Assembly (NCBI GenBank): GCA_963766685.1
Contig: CAVYBJ010000024.1
Coordinates: forward strand, 101,844 to 165,843
Source of the DNA: an uncultured Chloroflexia bacterium
GTDB lineage: Bacteria; Chloroflexota; Limnocylindria; Limnocylindrales; CSP1-4
Length of the DNA: 64,000 nucleotides
Direction: 5' to 3'
Positions within the stretch are counted from its first letter, which is position 1. The number at the start of each line of letters is the position of its first letter. Shown piece by piece: positions 39,526 to 50,603 of the stretch. A model generated the notes under the pieces. That model was given only the letters and a program-made list of their open reading frames with translations, did not search any database and was not told the origin of the DNA. Both the position numbers and the translations under genes were made by a program.

Positions 39526-40918
39526 CCACGGCGCGCCTGGAGACCGTCGAGCTGCCCGACTTCGGCATGCCCAGCGCATGCCGCTGCTGCCGGATGGGCT
39601 CTACGCGTCACGCACGGAGCGAGCGCGGGCACGCGCCGCCGAACGCGGCTACGACAGCCTCGTCGTCTACGCCGACCGCGAGCACAGCGCCAACCTGAGC
39701 CACCTGACCGGCTTCGACCCGCGCTTCGAGGAGGCTCTCTTCATCCTGGCCGCGGCGCGTGACGAAGACCCGCTCATCCTCGTCGGCAACGAGTGCCTGG
39801 GGCTGGCGCGGAATGCCGCTCTGCCCATGCGGGTGGAGCTCTTCCAGGACCTCAGCCTGCCCGGCCAGCCCCGCGACCGCTCACGGACGCTGGCCGAGAT
39901 CCTCGGCCTCGGAGGGCATCGGTCCGCGGGCTCGCGTCGGCGTCGCCGGCTGGAAGCCGTTCGCCGATCGGAGCCTGCTTGAAGTGCCCGCCTACCTGGT
40001 TGACGCGCTGCGGGCGGCCGTGGGCCCGGGCGGCCTCGTGGAGAACGCCAACGATCTCTTCGTCGACGCGGCGGACGGTCTCCGGGCCGTCAACGAGGTC
40101 GAGCAGCTGGCTGCCTTCGAGTGGGCGGCCTGCCAGACCTCGGAGGGTGTCAAGCGCATCCTGTACGGCCTGCGGCCGGGCATGACCGAGCACGAGGCCG
40201 CCCGCCTCGCCGGCTGGAGCGGCGATCCCCTCTCCTGCCACTTCATGCTGTCGGCAGGTCCGCGCGCGTCGCTGGGCATGCTCAGCCCGACGCGACCGCG
40301 TCATCGAGCGGGGCGACCGCTTCACGACCGCCTTCGGCATCTGGGGCGCGCTGGACTGCCGCGCCGGCTTCGTCGTGGAGGAGGCCGCGGAGCTGCCGGC
40401 CGGCATCGCCGACTACGTGGAGCGGCTCGTGGCGCCCTACTTCCTGGCCGTCGCTGAGTGGCTGGAGGCCCTCCACGTGGGCCAGACCGGCGGCGCCCTG
40501 GCGGACATCATCGACCGCCACCTGGGCGACCCCTTCTTCGGCATCTTCCTCAACCCGGGGCACCTGCTGGGGCTCGACGAGTGGGTGAACTCGCCGGTGG
40601 CGCGCGGCTCCACGATCGAGCTGCGCTCGGGCATGGCGCTCCAGGTGGACGTCATCCCGGCCACCGGCACGGACTACTTCACCTCCAACATCGAGGGTGG
40701 CCTGGCCGTCGCGGATGAGGCCCTGCGGGCCGAGCTTCGCGGCGCGATACCCGGAGGCCTGGGGGCGCATCGAGGCCCGGCGCGGCTTCATGCGCGAGGC
40801 CCTCGGCATCGACCTGCACCCGGACGTGCTGCCCTTCTCCAACCTGCCCGCCTCCCTGCCGCCGTTCCTGCTGCGGCCGGACCGGGTGCTCGTGCGGAAA
40901 GTATCTAGACCCGTCTAG
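39522..40918 (+). pseudogene. M24-family metallopeptidase-fold protein (creatinase/Xaa-Pro peptidase-like; 4 breaks)
   Basis: The N-terminal creatinase-like domain contains YDSLVVYADREHSANLSHLTGFDP. The pita-bread part contains MTEHEAARLAG, IERGDRFTTAFG, LNPGHLLGLDEW and GMALQVDVIP. Confidence 0.65.
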
Positions 40919-40926
40919 CACATTCC

Positions 40927-40956
40927 TTGACAACGCCCTGCTCAGGGTGCGGTAAT
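40927..40956 (+). promoter_or_regulatory. candidate promoter of the xylF-type operon
   Basis: TTGACA (40927-40932), 18 nt, GGTAAT (40951-40956), about 95 nt upstream of ATG 41053. That ATG has a strong AAGGAGGAGG ribosome-binding site. Confidence 0.3.
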
Positions 40957-41052
40957 CTCGCCTCGGAGGACAGAGGCGCCCCGGCCCCGGGGTGAGGTGT
41001 CCCCATGGAGGTGGGAGCGTTTCCCCATCCCACACAAGGAGGAGGACCGCGG

Positions 41053-42121
41053 ATGCGGAATCTCAAGAAGGGCACGACTGCCCTGCTGACGCTGACCGTC
41101 GTTGGCGCAGGCGTGCTGGCCAACGCGGGCTTCGTCGCCGCCCAGGATGACGAGCTCATCGTGGGTGTCTCCTGGAACAACTTCCAGGAAGAGCGCTGGG
41201 CGCGAGACGACGAGCCGGCGATCAAGGCGGCGCTCGAGGCGGCAGGTGCCTCGTACATCAGCACCGACGCGGCTTCCGATGCGGCGCAGCAGCTGGCTGA
41301 CGTCGAGCAGCTCATCACGCAGGGCGCCGATGCGCTCATCATCCTCGCCCAGGACGGCACCGCCATCCTGCCGGCGGTCCAGTCGGCGCTCGACCAGGGC
41401 ATCCCGGTCATCGCCTATGACCGCCTCATCGAGGACCCGGGCGCCCTCTACCTGACCTTCGACAACATCGGCGTCGGGCGCATCATGGCTGAGATCATCT
41501 ACGGCCTCGTCCCGTCCGGCAACTACGCCATCATCAAGGGCAACCAGGCCGACGCCAACGCGGACTTCCTGCGCGCCGGCATGGAAGAGGTCATCGGCGA
41601 GGCCGTCGCCGCGGGTGACATCGTCATCCAGTGCGAGACCTACACCGACAACTGGGATGCCGGCCAACGCCCAGTCCAACATGGAGCAGTGCCTGACCTC
41701 GACCAACAACGAGATCGACGCGGTCCTCTCCGAGAACGACGGCATGGCCGGCGGCGTCGTCGCGGCGCTCGATGCCCAGGGCATGGCTGGCACCATCCCG
41801 GTGTCCGGGCAGGACGGCGACAAGGCCGCTCTGAACCGCGTCGCCCTCGGCACGCAGACCGTCTCCGTCTGGAAGGACTCCCGCAACCTGGGCAAGGCAG
41901 CCGGTGAGGCGGCCGTGGCCCTGGCGAGCGGCACCGCCCTCGCGGACATCCCGGGCGTCGTGCAGTTCACGAGCCCCGGCGGCAACGACATGACCTCCAT
42001 CTTCCTGGATCCCACGCCGGTGACCCAGGAGAACCTGCAGGTCGTGATCGACGGCAACGTCATCAGCCAGGAAGAGCTCTGCCAGGGCGTCGAGGCCGGC
42101 GCTGTGGCAGCCTGCCCGTAG
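41053..42121 (+). pseudogene. xylF: D-xylose-type ABC transporter substrate-binding protein (break near 41650)
   Basis: Signal peptide, then a close XylF-like pattern: VGVSWNNFQEERW, GADALIILAQDG, IPVIAYDRLI, YLTFDNIGVGR, GNYAIIKG, IDAVLSENDGMAGG and VSGQDGDKAALNR. Confidence 0.8.
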
Positions 42122-42131
42122 GCGACCCAGA

Positions 42132-42189
42132 CACGTCACTGACGTGAACCCTGCGCCCCGTGTCGCGGTCCAGCCGCGGCACGGGGCGC
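42132..42189 (+). promoter_or_regulatory. two intercistronic stem-loops between the binding-protein and permease genes
   Basis: Palindrome CACGTCA-C-TGACGTG (42132-42146), followed by a long GC hairpin GCGCCCCGTGTCGCGG-TCCAG-CCGCGGCACGGGGCGC (42153-42189). No T tract follows. Confidence 0.4.
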
Positions 42190-42223
42190 TGACACATCCG
42201 GCTCCAGCCAGGAGTCCCCGACG

Positions 42224-43541
42224 ATGAGCGAACCCGCAGCCGCCGCCAACAGCCCGGCCACCACCAGTCGCCGTGGCGTGACCGGGTTGCTGCGTACCCT
42301 GGAGATCGACACCCGACTGCTGGGCATGATCATCGCCCTCGCGGTCATCTGGATCGGCTTCGACCTGGCCTCGGGCGGCCTGTTCCTGAGCTCGCGCAAC
42401 CTCTGGAACCTGTCCGTCCAGACATCCGCCGTGGCCGTCATGGCCACCGGCATGGTGCTCATCATCGTCTCGCGGAACATCGACCTCTCGGTCGGCTCGG
42501 TGGCGGGCGTGGTGGGCATGTCCATCGCGCTCTTCCAGGTGCGCCTCATCCCGGACGCGCTCGGCCTCGGCCTCGAGCAGCCCTACACCTGGATCCTGAC
42601 CGTGGTCTTCGGGCTGCTGCTGGGCGGGGCCATCGGGGCGCTGCAGGGCGGGCTCGTGGCCTACGTGGGCATCCCCTCCTTCATCGTCACGCTCGGCGGC
42701 CTGCTCGTCTGGCGCAGCGTGACGTTCCAACTGGCTGCCGGGCAGACGATCGCTCCGCTGGACACCACCTTCCAGCTCCTCGGTGGCGGGCCCCAGGGTT
42801 CGGTCGGCGAGATGGCCAGCTGGGTCATCGGCCTCATCGCCTGCATCGGCATCGTCTACGCCATGATCACGGGCCGTCGACGGCGGCAGCGCTACGGATT
42901 CCCGGTCCGCCCCACGTGGGCCGCTGTCGGTCTCATCATCGTGGGCTGCGTCGCCATCCTGGGAGCCGTGGCCATCGCCAACAGCTATCCCTGGCCGGAG
43001 CGGCTCGGCAGCGCAGTACGCGGCCGCGCACGACATCCCCATCCCCGAGGGCGGGCTGTTCATCCCGACGGGCATCGCCAACCCGGCGCTCATCATGGTC
43101 GGGGTGGCCATCCTCATGACCGTCCTGGCCAACCGTCGGCGCTTCGGGCGATACGTGTACGCCATCGGCGGCAACCCGGAGGCGGCAGAGCTGTCCGGCA
43201 TCAACACGCGCCGCACCATCATGTGGACCTTCGTCATCATGGGTGTGCTGGCCGCCGTGAGCGCCATCATCCTGACGGCACGCCAGAACTCCGCCACCAA
43301 CGGTTTGGGCACCGGCGCGGAGCTCCAGGTCATCGCGGCAGCCGTCATCGGAGGCACCTCGTTCGCCGGCGGCATCGGCACCATCGCGGGCGCGGTGCTG
43401 GGCGCCCTGGTCATGCAGTCCCTGGTGTCAGGCATGCAGCTGCTGCGCTACTCGAACGCCGAGGTCGACATCGTCGTCGGCATCGTGCTGGTCATCGCGG
43501 TCGGCATCGACACCATCGTGCGGAGGCGGTCCCATGGCTGA
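42224..43541 (+). pseudogene. xylH: xylose-type ABC transporter permease (break near 43010)
   Basis: Contains FLSSRNLWNLSVQTS, IDLSVGSVAGVVG, IPSFIVTLGGLLVWR, AIGGNPEAAELSGIN and [13 protein letters not shown]. Confidence 0.8.
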
Positions 43542-44373
43542 GGCACCCAAGACGATCGCGCCGCCGATGGCAGAGGCTGCGGCAGCCTCGCTGGACCGGT
43601 CGACCGTGCCGCTGGTCGAGATGCGCGACATCCGCGTCTCCTTCGGCGGCGTCCACGCCGTGGACCATGTCACGGTGGACCTCTTCGCGGGCGAGGTGGT
43701 CGGGCTGGTGGGCGGCAACGGCGCCGGCAAGTCCACGCTCATGAAGGCGCTCTCGGGAGCGCATCCCCAGGACGGCGGTGAGATCTACGTCAACGGGGAG
43801 CTGGCCCACATCGGCAACCCCCGGGACGCCAAGACCTACGGCATCGAGACCATCTACCAGACCCTGGCCCTGGCCGACAACGTGGATGCGGCCGCCAACA
43901 TCTTCCTGGGCCGGGAGCTCGTGACGCGCTTCGGCTCCCTGAACGACGCCGCCATGGAGTCGGCGACCCGCGAGGTGATGGGGCGGCTCAATCCGCGCTT
44001 CAAGAACCTCAAGTCCCCGGTGAAGTCGCTCTCCGGCGGCCAGCGTCAGTCGGTGGCCATCGCCCGCGCCGTCCACTTCAACGCCAAGATCCTCATCATG
44101 GACGAGCCGACCGCGGCCCTGGGCCCGGCGGAGACGGCGCAGGTCCGTGACCTCGTCGTCCAGCTGAAGAGCGAGGGCATCGGCATCTTCCTCATCAGCC
44201 ACGACATCCACGACGTCTTCGACCTCTCGGACCGCATCAGCGTCATGCTCCAGGGCAAGCTCGTGGGGACCGTCAACAAGGACGACGTGACCAAGGACGA
44301 CGTGCTGGGCATGATCATCCTGGGCAAGACCCCCGAGAGCCTGGCCGAGCGGGAGCGCGCCGCGCTGCACTGA
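43534..44373 (+). CDS. sugar ABC transporter ATP-binding protein, single nucleotide-binding domain
   Basis: Intact 279-aa ORF overlapping the permease end. Contains [26 protein letters not shown] and [11 protein letters not shown]. Confidence 0.85.
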   Translation: MAEAPKTIAPPMAEAAAASLDRSTVPLVEMRDIRVSFGGVHAVDHVTVDLFAGEVVGLVGGNGAGKSTLMKALSGAHPQDGGEIYVNGELAHIGNPRDAKTYGIETIYQTLALADNVDAAANIFLGRELVTRFGSLNDAAMESATREVMGRLNPRFKNLKSPVKSLSGGQRQSVAIARAVHFNAKILIMDEPTAALGPAETAQVRDLVVQLKSEGIGIFLISHDIHDVFDLSDRISVMLQGKLVGTVNKDDVTKDDVLGMIILGKTPESLAERERAALH

Positions 44374-44436
44374 CCTCCGAAGGACGACAGGCCGCGCGCG
44401 AGGGGCGCGGTCGGGACTCCGTGCGTCCGGTGGCCG

Positions 44437-45417
44437 TCAGCCCTCCCGGCGGGAGGCGATCCAGGCGCCGGCCAGGACGAGGACCACGCCCGCCAAGGCG
44501 ATGGGCGCCACGGTCTCGCCCAGCACGACGATGCCGAGCGCGACCGCCACGAGCGGCAGGAAGTAGATGGCGATCGAGGCCCGCGTGGCACCCACGCGCC
44601 CGGCCAGCGTGGCCATGAGCACGATGGCGGCACCGGTGCCCAGGGCTCCCAGCGGGACCATCGCCAGCGCGGCCTCCCAGGACCACGTCGAGTCGCCCAG
44701 CTCCCAGAGGCCCAGCGGCAGCACCAGCAGCAGGGCCACCAGCTGCGCCCGCAGCACCACCGGGGGTGAGCCGTACTTCTGCTGGAGCGGAACGGCCAGG
44801 TTCGTGGCCAGGCCGTAGAAGGTGACCGCGAAGAGGGCCACGAGAGCGCCGATGGCCGTGTCCGCGCTGGCCTGCAGCTCCGGCAGGAAGACCAGCACGA
44901 TGCCGGCGAAGCCGATGGCGATGCCCAGCATCTGGCGCCAGCCGGGCAGGCGGCGCAGCAGGTAGGCGGCCCAGGCTGCAGCGAAGATGGGCATGGCCCC
45001 GTTGATCATGCCGGCCACGCTGGAGGCGATCCACTGCTGGGCGATCGGGAAGAGCGTCAGCGGGATGGCCATCCAGACCGTGCCCAGGAGGGCGATGCGG
45101 CCCCAGTCCTCGCGGTCCACCGGCTGGCGTGCCTGCCGAAAGAGCGCCAGCGTCGCCGTGCCCAGGCCGATGCGCGCCAGGGTCACGACGCCCGGCGCGA
45201 ACGAGCGCAGGCCGATCTCCATGAACAGGAAGGACGAGCCCCAGATGACGGCGATGACGGCGAGGATGCCCCAGTCCTCCAGCGTGTAGGCGTGCACGCT
45301 GGTGCCATGCGCGGTGGCAGGCAGGCTGGAACGCGTCCGCGTCATCGGGGAGACCATCGGGGCATCGTAGCGGGTAGGCTGGATGAGCGGGCGGCTCTGT
45401 CCGCTGCATCGCACCAC
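44437..45417 (-). CDS. EamA/DMT-family transporter
   Basis: Intact ORF with ten hydrophobic segments and a duplicated EamA pattern ([12 protein letters not shown]..; ..[12 protein letters not shown]). The true start may be an internal Met. Confidence 0.75.
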   Translation of the reverse strand: MVRCSGQSRPLIQPTRYDAPMVSPMTRTRSSLPATAHGTSVHAYTLEDWGILAVIAVIWGSSFLFMEIGLRSFAPGVVTLARIGLGTATLALFRQARQPVDREDWGRIALLGTVWMAIPLTLFPIAQQWIASSVAGMINGAMPIFAAAWAAYLLRRLPGWRQMLGIAIGFAGIVLVFLPELQASADTAIGALVALFAVTFYGLATNLAVPLQQKYGSPPVVLRAQLVALLLVLPLGLWELGDSTWSWEAALAMVPLGALGTGAAIVLMATLAGRVGATRASIAIYFLPLVAVALGIVVLGETVAPIALAGVVLVLAGAWIASRREG

Positions 45418-45440
45418 GGTCGCTCACGCCGGGAGACGCC

Positions 45441-46236
45441 ATGGACACCTGGACGTTCTACGCCATCACGCACGCTGACCACGTCGTCCTCAACCCGACG
45501 TCCGTGGCCCGGCTCGACGAGCTCGTCGGCCTGCTGGACCTGCCGCCTGCGCCACGCGTGCTGGATATCGGCTGTGGGACCGGCGAGCTGCTCGTGAGGC
45601 TTGCCGAGGCGTGCGGCGCCGCCGCCGGGCAGGTGGCCAGGGGCACCGGGTTCCGGGGCGTCGGTGTGGACGCCTCGCCGCAGTTCATGGCCCGCTGCCG
45701 CGACTCCGCGGAGCGCCGCGTCCCTGGAGCTGCGCTCGAGCTGCTCCTGATGGACGGAGCCGACTACGAGGCCGAGCCCGGGTCCTTCGACCTGGCCTGC
45801 TGCCTGGGCGCGAGCTGGGTCTTCGGCGGTCACCGCGGGACGCTCCGGGCCCTGGCCCGCGCCACGCGACCCGGCGGCCAGGTCCTGGTCGGCGAGCCCT
45901 TCTGGCGGGCCGAGCCAGCCGCGGAGTACCTGGCCTGGTCGGGCATGGGGGCCGAGCGATTTCGCCAGCCACGCGGGGAACGTCGCCATCGGCGAGTCGG
46001 AGGGGCTGGTGCCACTGCTGGCGTGGGTCAGCAGCGCCGAGGAGTGGGATCGCTACGAGACCCTGCAGTGGCGCGCCGCGGCCCGGTACGCGGTGGCATC
46101 CCCGGACGACCCGGACGTGCCGGAGCTGCTCGAGCGCATGGCGCGGGCGCGTCACGAGTACCTGACCTGGGGGCGGGACACGCTGGGCTGGGCGCTGTAC
46201 CTCTTCCGCCGACCGGCGGAGGCGCCGGGAGCCTGA
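45441..46236 (+). pseudogene. class I SAM-dependent methyltransferase (break near 45960)
   Basis: Motif I VLDIGCGTGELL, then VGVDASPQF and PGGQVLVGEPFW. The tail lies in ORF 46009..46236. Confidence 0.75.
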
Positions 46237-46240
46237 CGCC

Positions 46241-48016
46241 TCAGGCAGCGCCCGTGACTGTGGACGACCCTGGTCCCGAGGCTTCGACCGCGGACGTGTG
46301 CTCGGTGGCCTGCAGCCGCCAGAGGTGAGCGTAGAGGCCGTCGAGCCCGAGCAGCTCCTCGTGGCTGCCCAGCTCCAGGAGCCAGCCGTCGTCCAGCACG
46401 GCGATGCGGTCGGCGCGGCGGATGGTCGACAGTCGGTGTGCCACGACGATCGTGGTGCGACCCACCATGAGCCGTGCCAGGGCCTCCTGGACGAGTCGTT
46501 CCGACTCGTTGTCCAGCGAGCTCGTGGCCTCGTCGAGGATGAGGATCGGCGCGTCCTTGAGGATGGCCCGGGCGATGGCCACCCGCTGACGCTGGCCGCC
46601 GGAGAGGCGCGTGCCGCGGTCGCCCAGGACGGTGTCGTAGCCATCGGGCAGGGCCTCGATGAAGTCGTGGGCGTTGGCCGCGCGGGCGGCCGCCACCATC
46701 TCCTCCTGCGTGGCCTCCAGGCGCCCGTAGCGGATGTTCTCGGCCACGCTGCCGCCGAAGACGGTGGCCTCCTGGGGCACCAGGGAGATGGACGCGCGCA
46801 GGCTGTGCAGGCCGACCTCGCGCACGTCGTGACCGTCGACCAGGAGCCGCCCCTCGGTGACGTCCCAGAGCCGCGGGATGAGATTGCAGAGGCTCGTCTT
46901 GCCCGCGCCGGAGGGGCCGACCACGGCCAGCACCTCGCCGGGGGCGATGTCCAGGTCGATGTCACGGAGCACGGCCTGCTCTGCACCGTAGCCGAAGCTG
47001 ACACGCTCGAAGGTGAGGTGGCCGGCCACGGGATGCAGGTCGGGCGCACCGGGCACCTCGCGGATGGTGGGCCGCTCGTCGATGATCTCGAAGACGCGGG
47101 CCACGGCCCCGGCGCCCTCCTGGAACTGGCCGTAGATACCGGCGATGGAGCTGAGGCTGGTGCCGATGGCGATGCCGTAGAGCAGGAAGGCGGTCAGCGA
47201 GCCGAGCGTCAGGCTGCCCTCGATGACCAGCCGGCCCGTGTACCAGAGGATGACGATGAGCGTCCCGAAGCCGAGCACCGTCATCATCGCGGCGAAGAGC
47301 CCGCGAGCCGTGACGAGCCGCGTGGCGGTGCCCACCACGCCGCGCAGCTCCTGGTCGTAGCGGTGCCGCTCCCAGCGCTCGCGGCCGAAGGACTTCACGA
47401 CGCGGATGCCGCTGAGGGCCTCCTCCGCGGTGGTCGTGCTGGCCGCGATGGCGTCCTGGACCTGGGTGCTGAGACGGCGCAGCGGCCGGGCGAAGACCAT
47501 GGCCACGATGACGAGGGCCGGCGCCAGCGCCAGGATGACGAGCAGGAGCGTCGGGCTGAGCAGGAAGAGGATGACGATGGCGCCCACGAGGCTGAGCAGG
47601 GATGAGAGCAGCGAGGTGAGGGTCTGGGTGAGCATCGTGCGCACCTGCGTGACGTCGCTGGAGAGGCGCGAGATGAGCTCCCCGACGCGGCGGCGCACGT
47701 AGAAGTCGAGCTCCAGCGAGACGAGCCGGTCGAAGACCTGGGCGCGCAGGCGGGCCACGATGCGCTCGCCCATGACCCCCAGGGCCCAGGTCTGCGTGAA
47801 GGTGGTGGCCGCCAGCACGAGCGTCAGTGCTGCGAGGACAAGGACCAGCTGGTCGAGGCCGCCGGCATCACCGGCGCTCACGACCTCGCCCACGAAGCCA
47901 CCGATGACGAGCGGCAGCAGCAGCCCCGCGACCGTGCCGATGACGAGGGCCACGACGGCGATGGCGAACAGGCCAAGGTGCGGGCGCAGGTAGCCGAAGA
48001 GGCGGCGCCAGGGCAC
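46241..48016 (-). CDS. ABC exporter, fused permease/ATPase (MsbA/MdlB-like)
   Basis: Intact 591-aa ORF with six TM helices. Contains GPSGAGKTSL, LSGGQRQRVAIARA and ILILDEATSSLD. Confidence 0.9.
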   Translation of the reverse strand: MPWRRLFGYLRPHLGLFAIAVVALVIGTVAGLLLPLVIGGFVGEVVSAGDAGGLDQLVLVLAALTLVLAATTFTQTWALGVMGERIVARLRAQVFDRLVSLELDFYVRRRVGELISRLSSDVTQVRTMLTQTLTSLLSSLLSLVGAIVILFLLSPTLLLVILALAPALVIVAMVFARPLRRLSTQVQDAIAASTTTAEEALSGIRVVKSFGRERWERHRYDQELRGVVGTATRLVTARGLFAAMMTVLGFGTLIVILWYTGRLVIEGSLTLGSLTAFLLYGIAIGTSLSSIAGIYGQFQEGAGAVARVFEIIDERPTIREVPGAPDLHPVAGHLTFERVSFGYGAEQAVLRDIDLDIAPGEVLAVVGPSGAGKTSLCNLIPRLWDVTEGRLLVDGHDVREVGLHSLRASISLVPQEATVFGGSVAENIRYGRLEATQEEMVAAARAANAHDFIEALPDGYDTVLGDRGTRLSGGQRQRVAIARAILKDAPILILDEATSSLDNESERLVQEALARLMVGRTTIVVAHRLSTIRRADRIAVLDDGWLLELGSHEELLGLDGLYAHLWRLQATEHTSAVEASGPGSSTVTGAA

Positions 48017-48142
48017 GCCGGTCAGCCTGACCGGGCGGTCCTCGGCCGGGGGCGCCGTCGGGCGCTACTCGTCGGCGGCGCGCCATCGGTCGGCCGTCGT
48101 CGTCCTCCCCGGCGCGCCGACCGCCCGAACGGGGAGTGCTGG

Positions 48143-50411
48143 CTAAGGCTCAGGGGGCGGCTCCAGGCCGGGGTCACAGAACGCTTCCGAGCCACCGATG
48201 AAGCCGCCCACGGGCACCTTCTTCGTCTCCTCGGCCTGGTTGAAGGCCGTCACGGCGTACTCCCAGCGGACCATGGTGCCAGGCACCCCCTTGATCACCG
48301 GGACGTCGATGGAGCGCGTCACCTTGGTGTGCTGCGGCCGGTAGGTCTTGGTGTCGGGCGGCAGCTCCTTCACGAGCTCCCAGGGTCCGTTGGTGATGGT
48401 GCAGTCGACCTCGAACCAGCTGCGCCGGGCGTAGACGCGGAAGCCGTCCTCGTTGTCCGAGCGGTCCTTCCAGACGATGGCGCCATCGAGCGGGTCTGGA
48501 GCGTAGACGGGCGGCCAGCCGCGGTCGACGACCTCACCCTTGGGGGCCGGGGGCTCCGGCGGCTGGAGCGGGTCAAGGTAGAGGACGCGCGCATTCCGGG
48601 CGCGGTCTACCGAGCGCTCATCGCACTCGGCCGGCACGGGCAGGCGGCCCACCTGCGACGCCACGTGGCCGGCAGAGTCCACGACCTCGATGGCCAGCGA
48701 GACGGGCACACACTCGGTGGCGTCCCTCGTGATGGCCTGCCGTGCGCGAGGCAGCCAGGGGGCGTTGACGGCCGGTGGCGCCGTCGTGGGATCCCAGGTG
48801 AAGGAGACGGAGGCATCGCGGCTGCTGCCGATCCAGCGGCAGGGGGTGCCTGGAACCTTGCCGAGGTTGGCACCCTGCGGCGGGCTGCACAGGGCCAGCT
48901 GTCGCCAGGTCGACCGCGGGCGGAACGACGTCAAGTCGGCGCTCGAGATCGGACGCGGCCAGGCCGGGTAGTAGGCGCGAAAGCGCACCTGGGTGACCTC
49001 GGCGGCATCGCGCACGCGGGCCACGAGCGTGATGGGTCGGCCGTAGGCCACGTGGGAGGCGTGTTCCGGGGTCTTGCCCCTCCAGGACGCACGCGGCCGG
49101 CCAGCGTCCTCGCTGATCTCGGTGGATGTCAGCGGGCCAGTCCACCAGTCGAAGCCCTCGTAGGCGAGGGCGCCGACGAGCGGCTCGGGCGAGACGGGCG
49201 TGCCACCCAGGATCTCGCCGGTGGGCGTCACCGTCGCGTCCCGCAGGATCATGGCGAAGAGGTCCCGCTCTGTCGGGTCTGCCTCCGGGCAGGCAGGTCC
49301 TTCCCCGGGCGCAAGGGTGGTGCCGTAGCGTCCCAGGTACTCGTTGGGCCCCACCGCGTACTGCTCCAGTTCGGGGTCCACGTCCAGGAGCGATGGCTCG
49401 ACCTCCGAGAGATGCCCCAACACGGCCGTGTACTCGCCGTCGCCGCGGGCCAGGCGGACGGCCACCATGCCGCCCAGCGAGGCCGAGGCCCCGGTCGCGC
49501 AGCCGGCGAAGACGAGCTCGCCGCCGAAGAGCGGCCGGACGATGGTGCCTGGGTCGCTGGCGGCCTCGGCCTCTGGCGCCGCTGCTGCGTCGGGTGCCGC
49601 CGCGGCGTCGAGTGCCTGCGTCACCACGAGCGGCGCGAACTCGAGCCCGTAGCCGTCCGGCGAATCGGCCTCGTAGGCGGCCGTGATGGCGCGATCGGCA
49701 TCGATCTGGAAGGGCACGGTCGCGGGCAGGTCCACGGGCCGTCGCTCGAAGCGGAAGGCGGGTCGGAGCGGACCGGGGTTGGCAGAGGTGACGAGGCTGC
49801 CGGTGAGGGGCACACCGGCGTCCGCGAAGGAGACGGGCTGGGACTCCGTCAGGAACCAGCCGCCCCTCCCCTGCTCGTTCCAGGCGGGCGTGCGCTGCAC
49901 CTGGAACCGCGAGGCCGACGCGGTCGGTCCAGCCGCTGTTGCCGGCCGTGCCGAGCGGCTGGCCGGTGCTGACGACGTCGCCCGCTCGCACCGGCAGGCG
50001 CCCCGGCGAGAGGTGCAGGTAGAGCCCGGAGGTGCCGTCGCCGTGGTCGATGAGCACGAAGTCGACCTCGCGCCAGCAGTCCGGGCGCGGTCCGTCGCCG
50101 GGTTCCTGGCAGCGGCCGCCCCGCACGCCGCCTCGCGTGGCGATGACGGTCCCGCCGCGTGAAGCCACGACCGGGAAGGGCGCGCTGCCATCCGCCGCCG
50201 TGAAGTGGAAGGCGTACTGCTCATCAGGGCCTCGGAAGGCGCCATCGCCATTGCCCTGGGCCACGAGCAGCGATGTGCCGGCCGGCGCGGGCAGGTAATA
50301 GGTGGGCGCTTCGTCGGCCCATGCGGCTGAGGCGGCTGCCCCGGCGAGCCCGGCCGCAGCGATGAGGGCCGAGAGGATGACCACGATCGGCCTGGGCGCA
50401 TGCCTGTCCAT
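48143..50411 (-). pseudogene. large secreted protein with N-terminal M23 (LytM)-like domain (break near 49930)
   Basis: AGGAGG precedes the ATG. Signal peptide ..AAASAAWA. Contains VLIDHGDGTSGLYLHLSPGRLPVRAGDVVSTGQPLGTAGNSGW, followed by about 550 aa of unrecognised beta-rich sequence. Confidence 0.7.
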
Positions 50412-50603
50412 CACTGACCTCCTGTCATGTGGCTACACGGTAGCGCGCTTCCCCTCCGGCGGCCCGGAGGCGAGCTGCCGCAGTCCTGCTGACCCTCGCT
50501 GCCGCCCCTTCCGTCGTCCCGGCTCGATCGTCCGGCGTGATCGTCCCGCCCCCGATGCCCAACGACCGACGGGGAGATCCTGGGACCGCGCGCGCTCCGG
50601 GGT

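Noticed and set aside
40900-40920. Direct repeat TCTAGAC/TCTAGCA as a sugar-regulator operator upstream of xylF
   Set aside because: As assembled it lies inside the last codons of the M24 gene, and it is only a 6-7-bp imperfect repeat. The evidence is not sufficient.
50453-50470. Hairpin CCTCCGG-CGGC-CCGGAGG as a terminator of the Mo-enzyme gene
   Set aside because: The stem is short, no T tract follows on either strand, and such GC palindromes are frequent in this DNA. The evidence is too weak to call.
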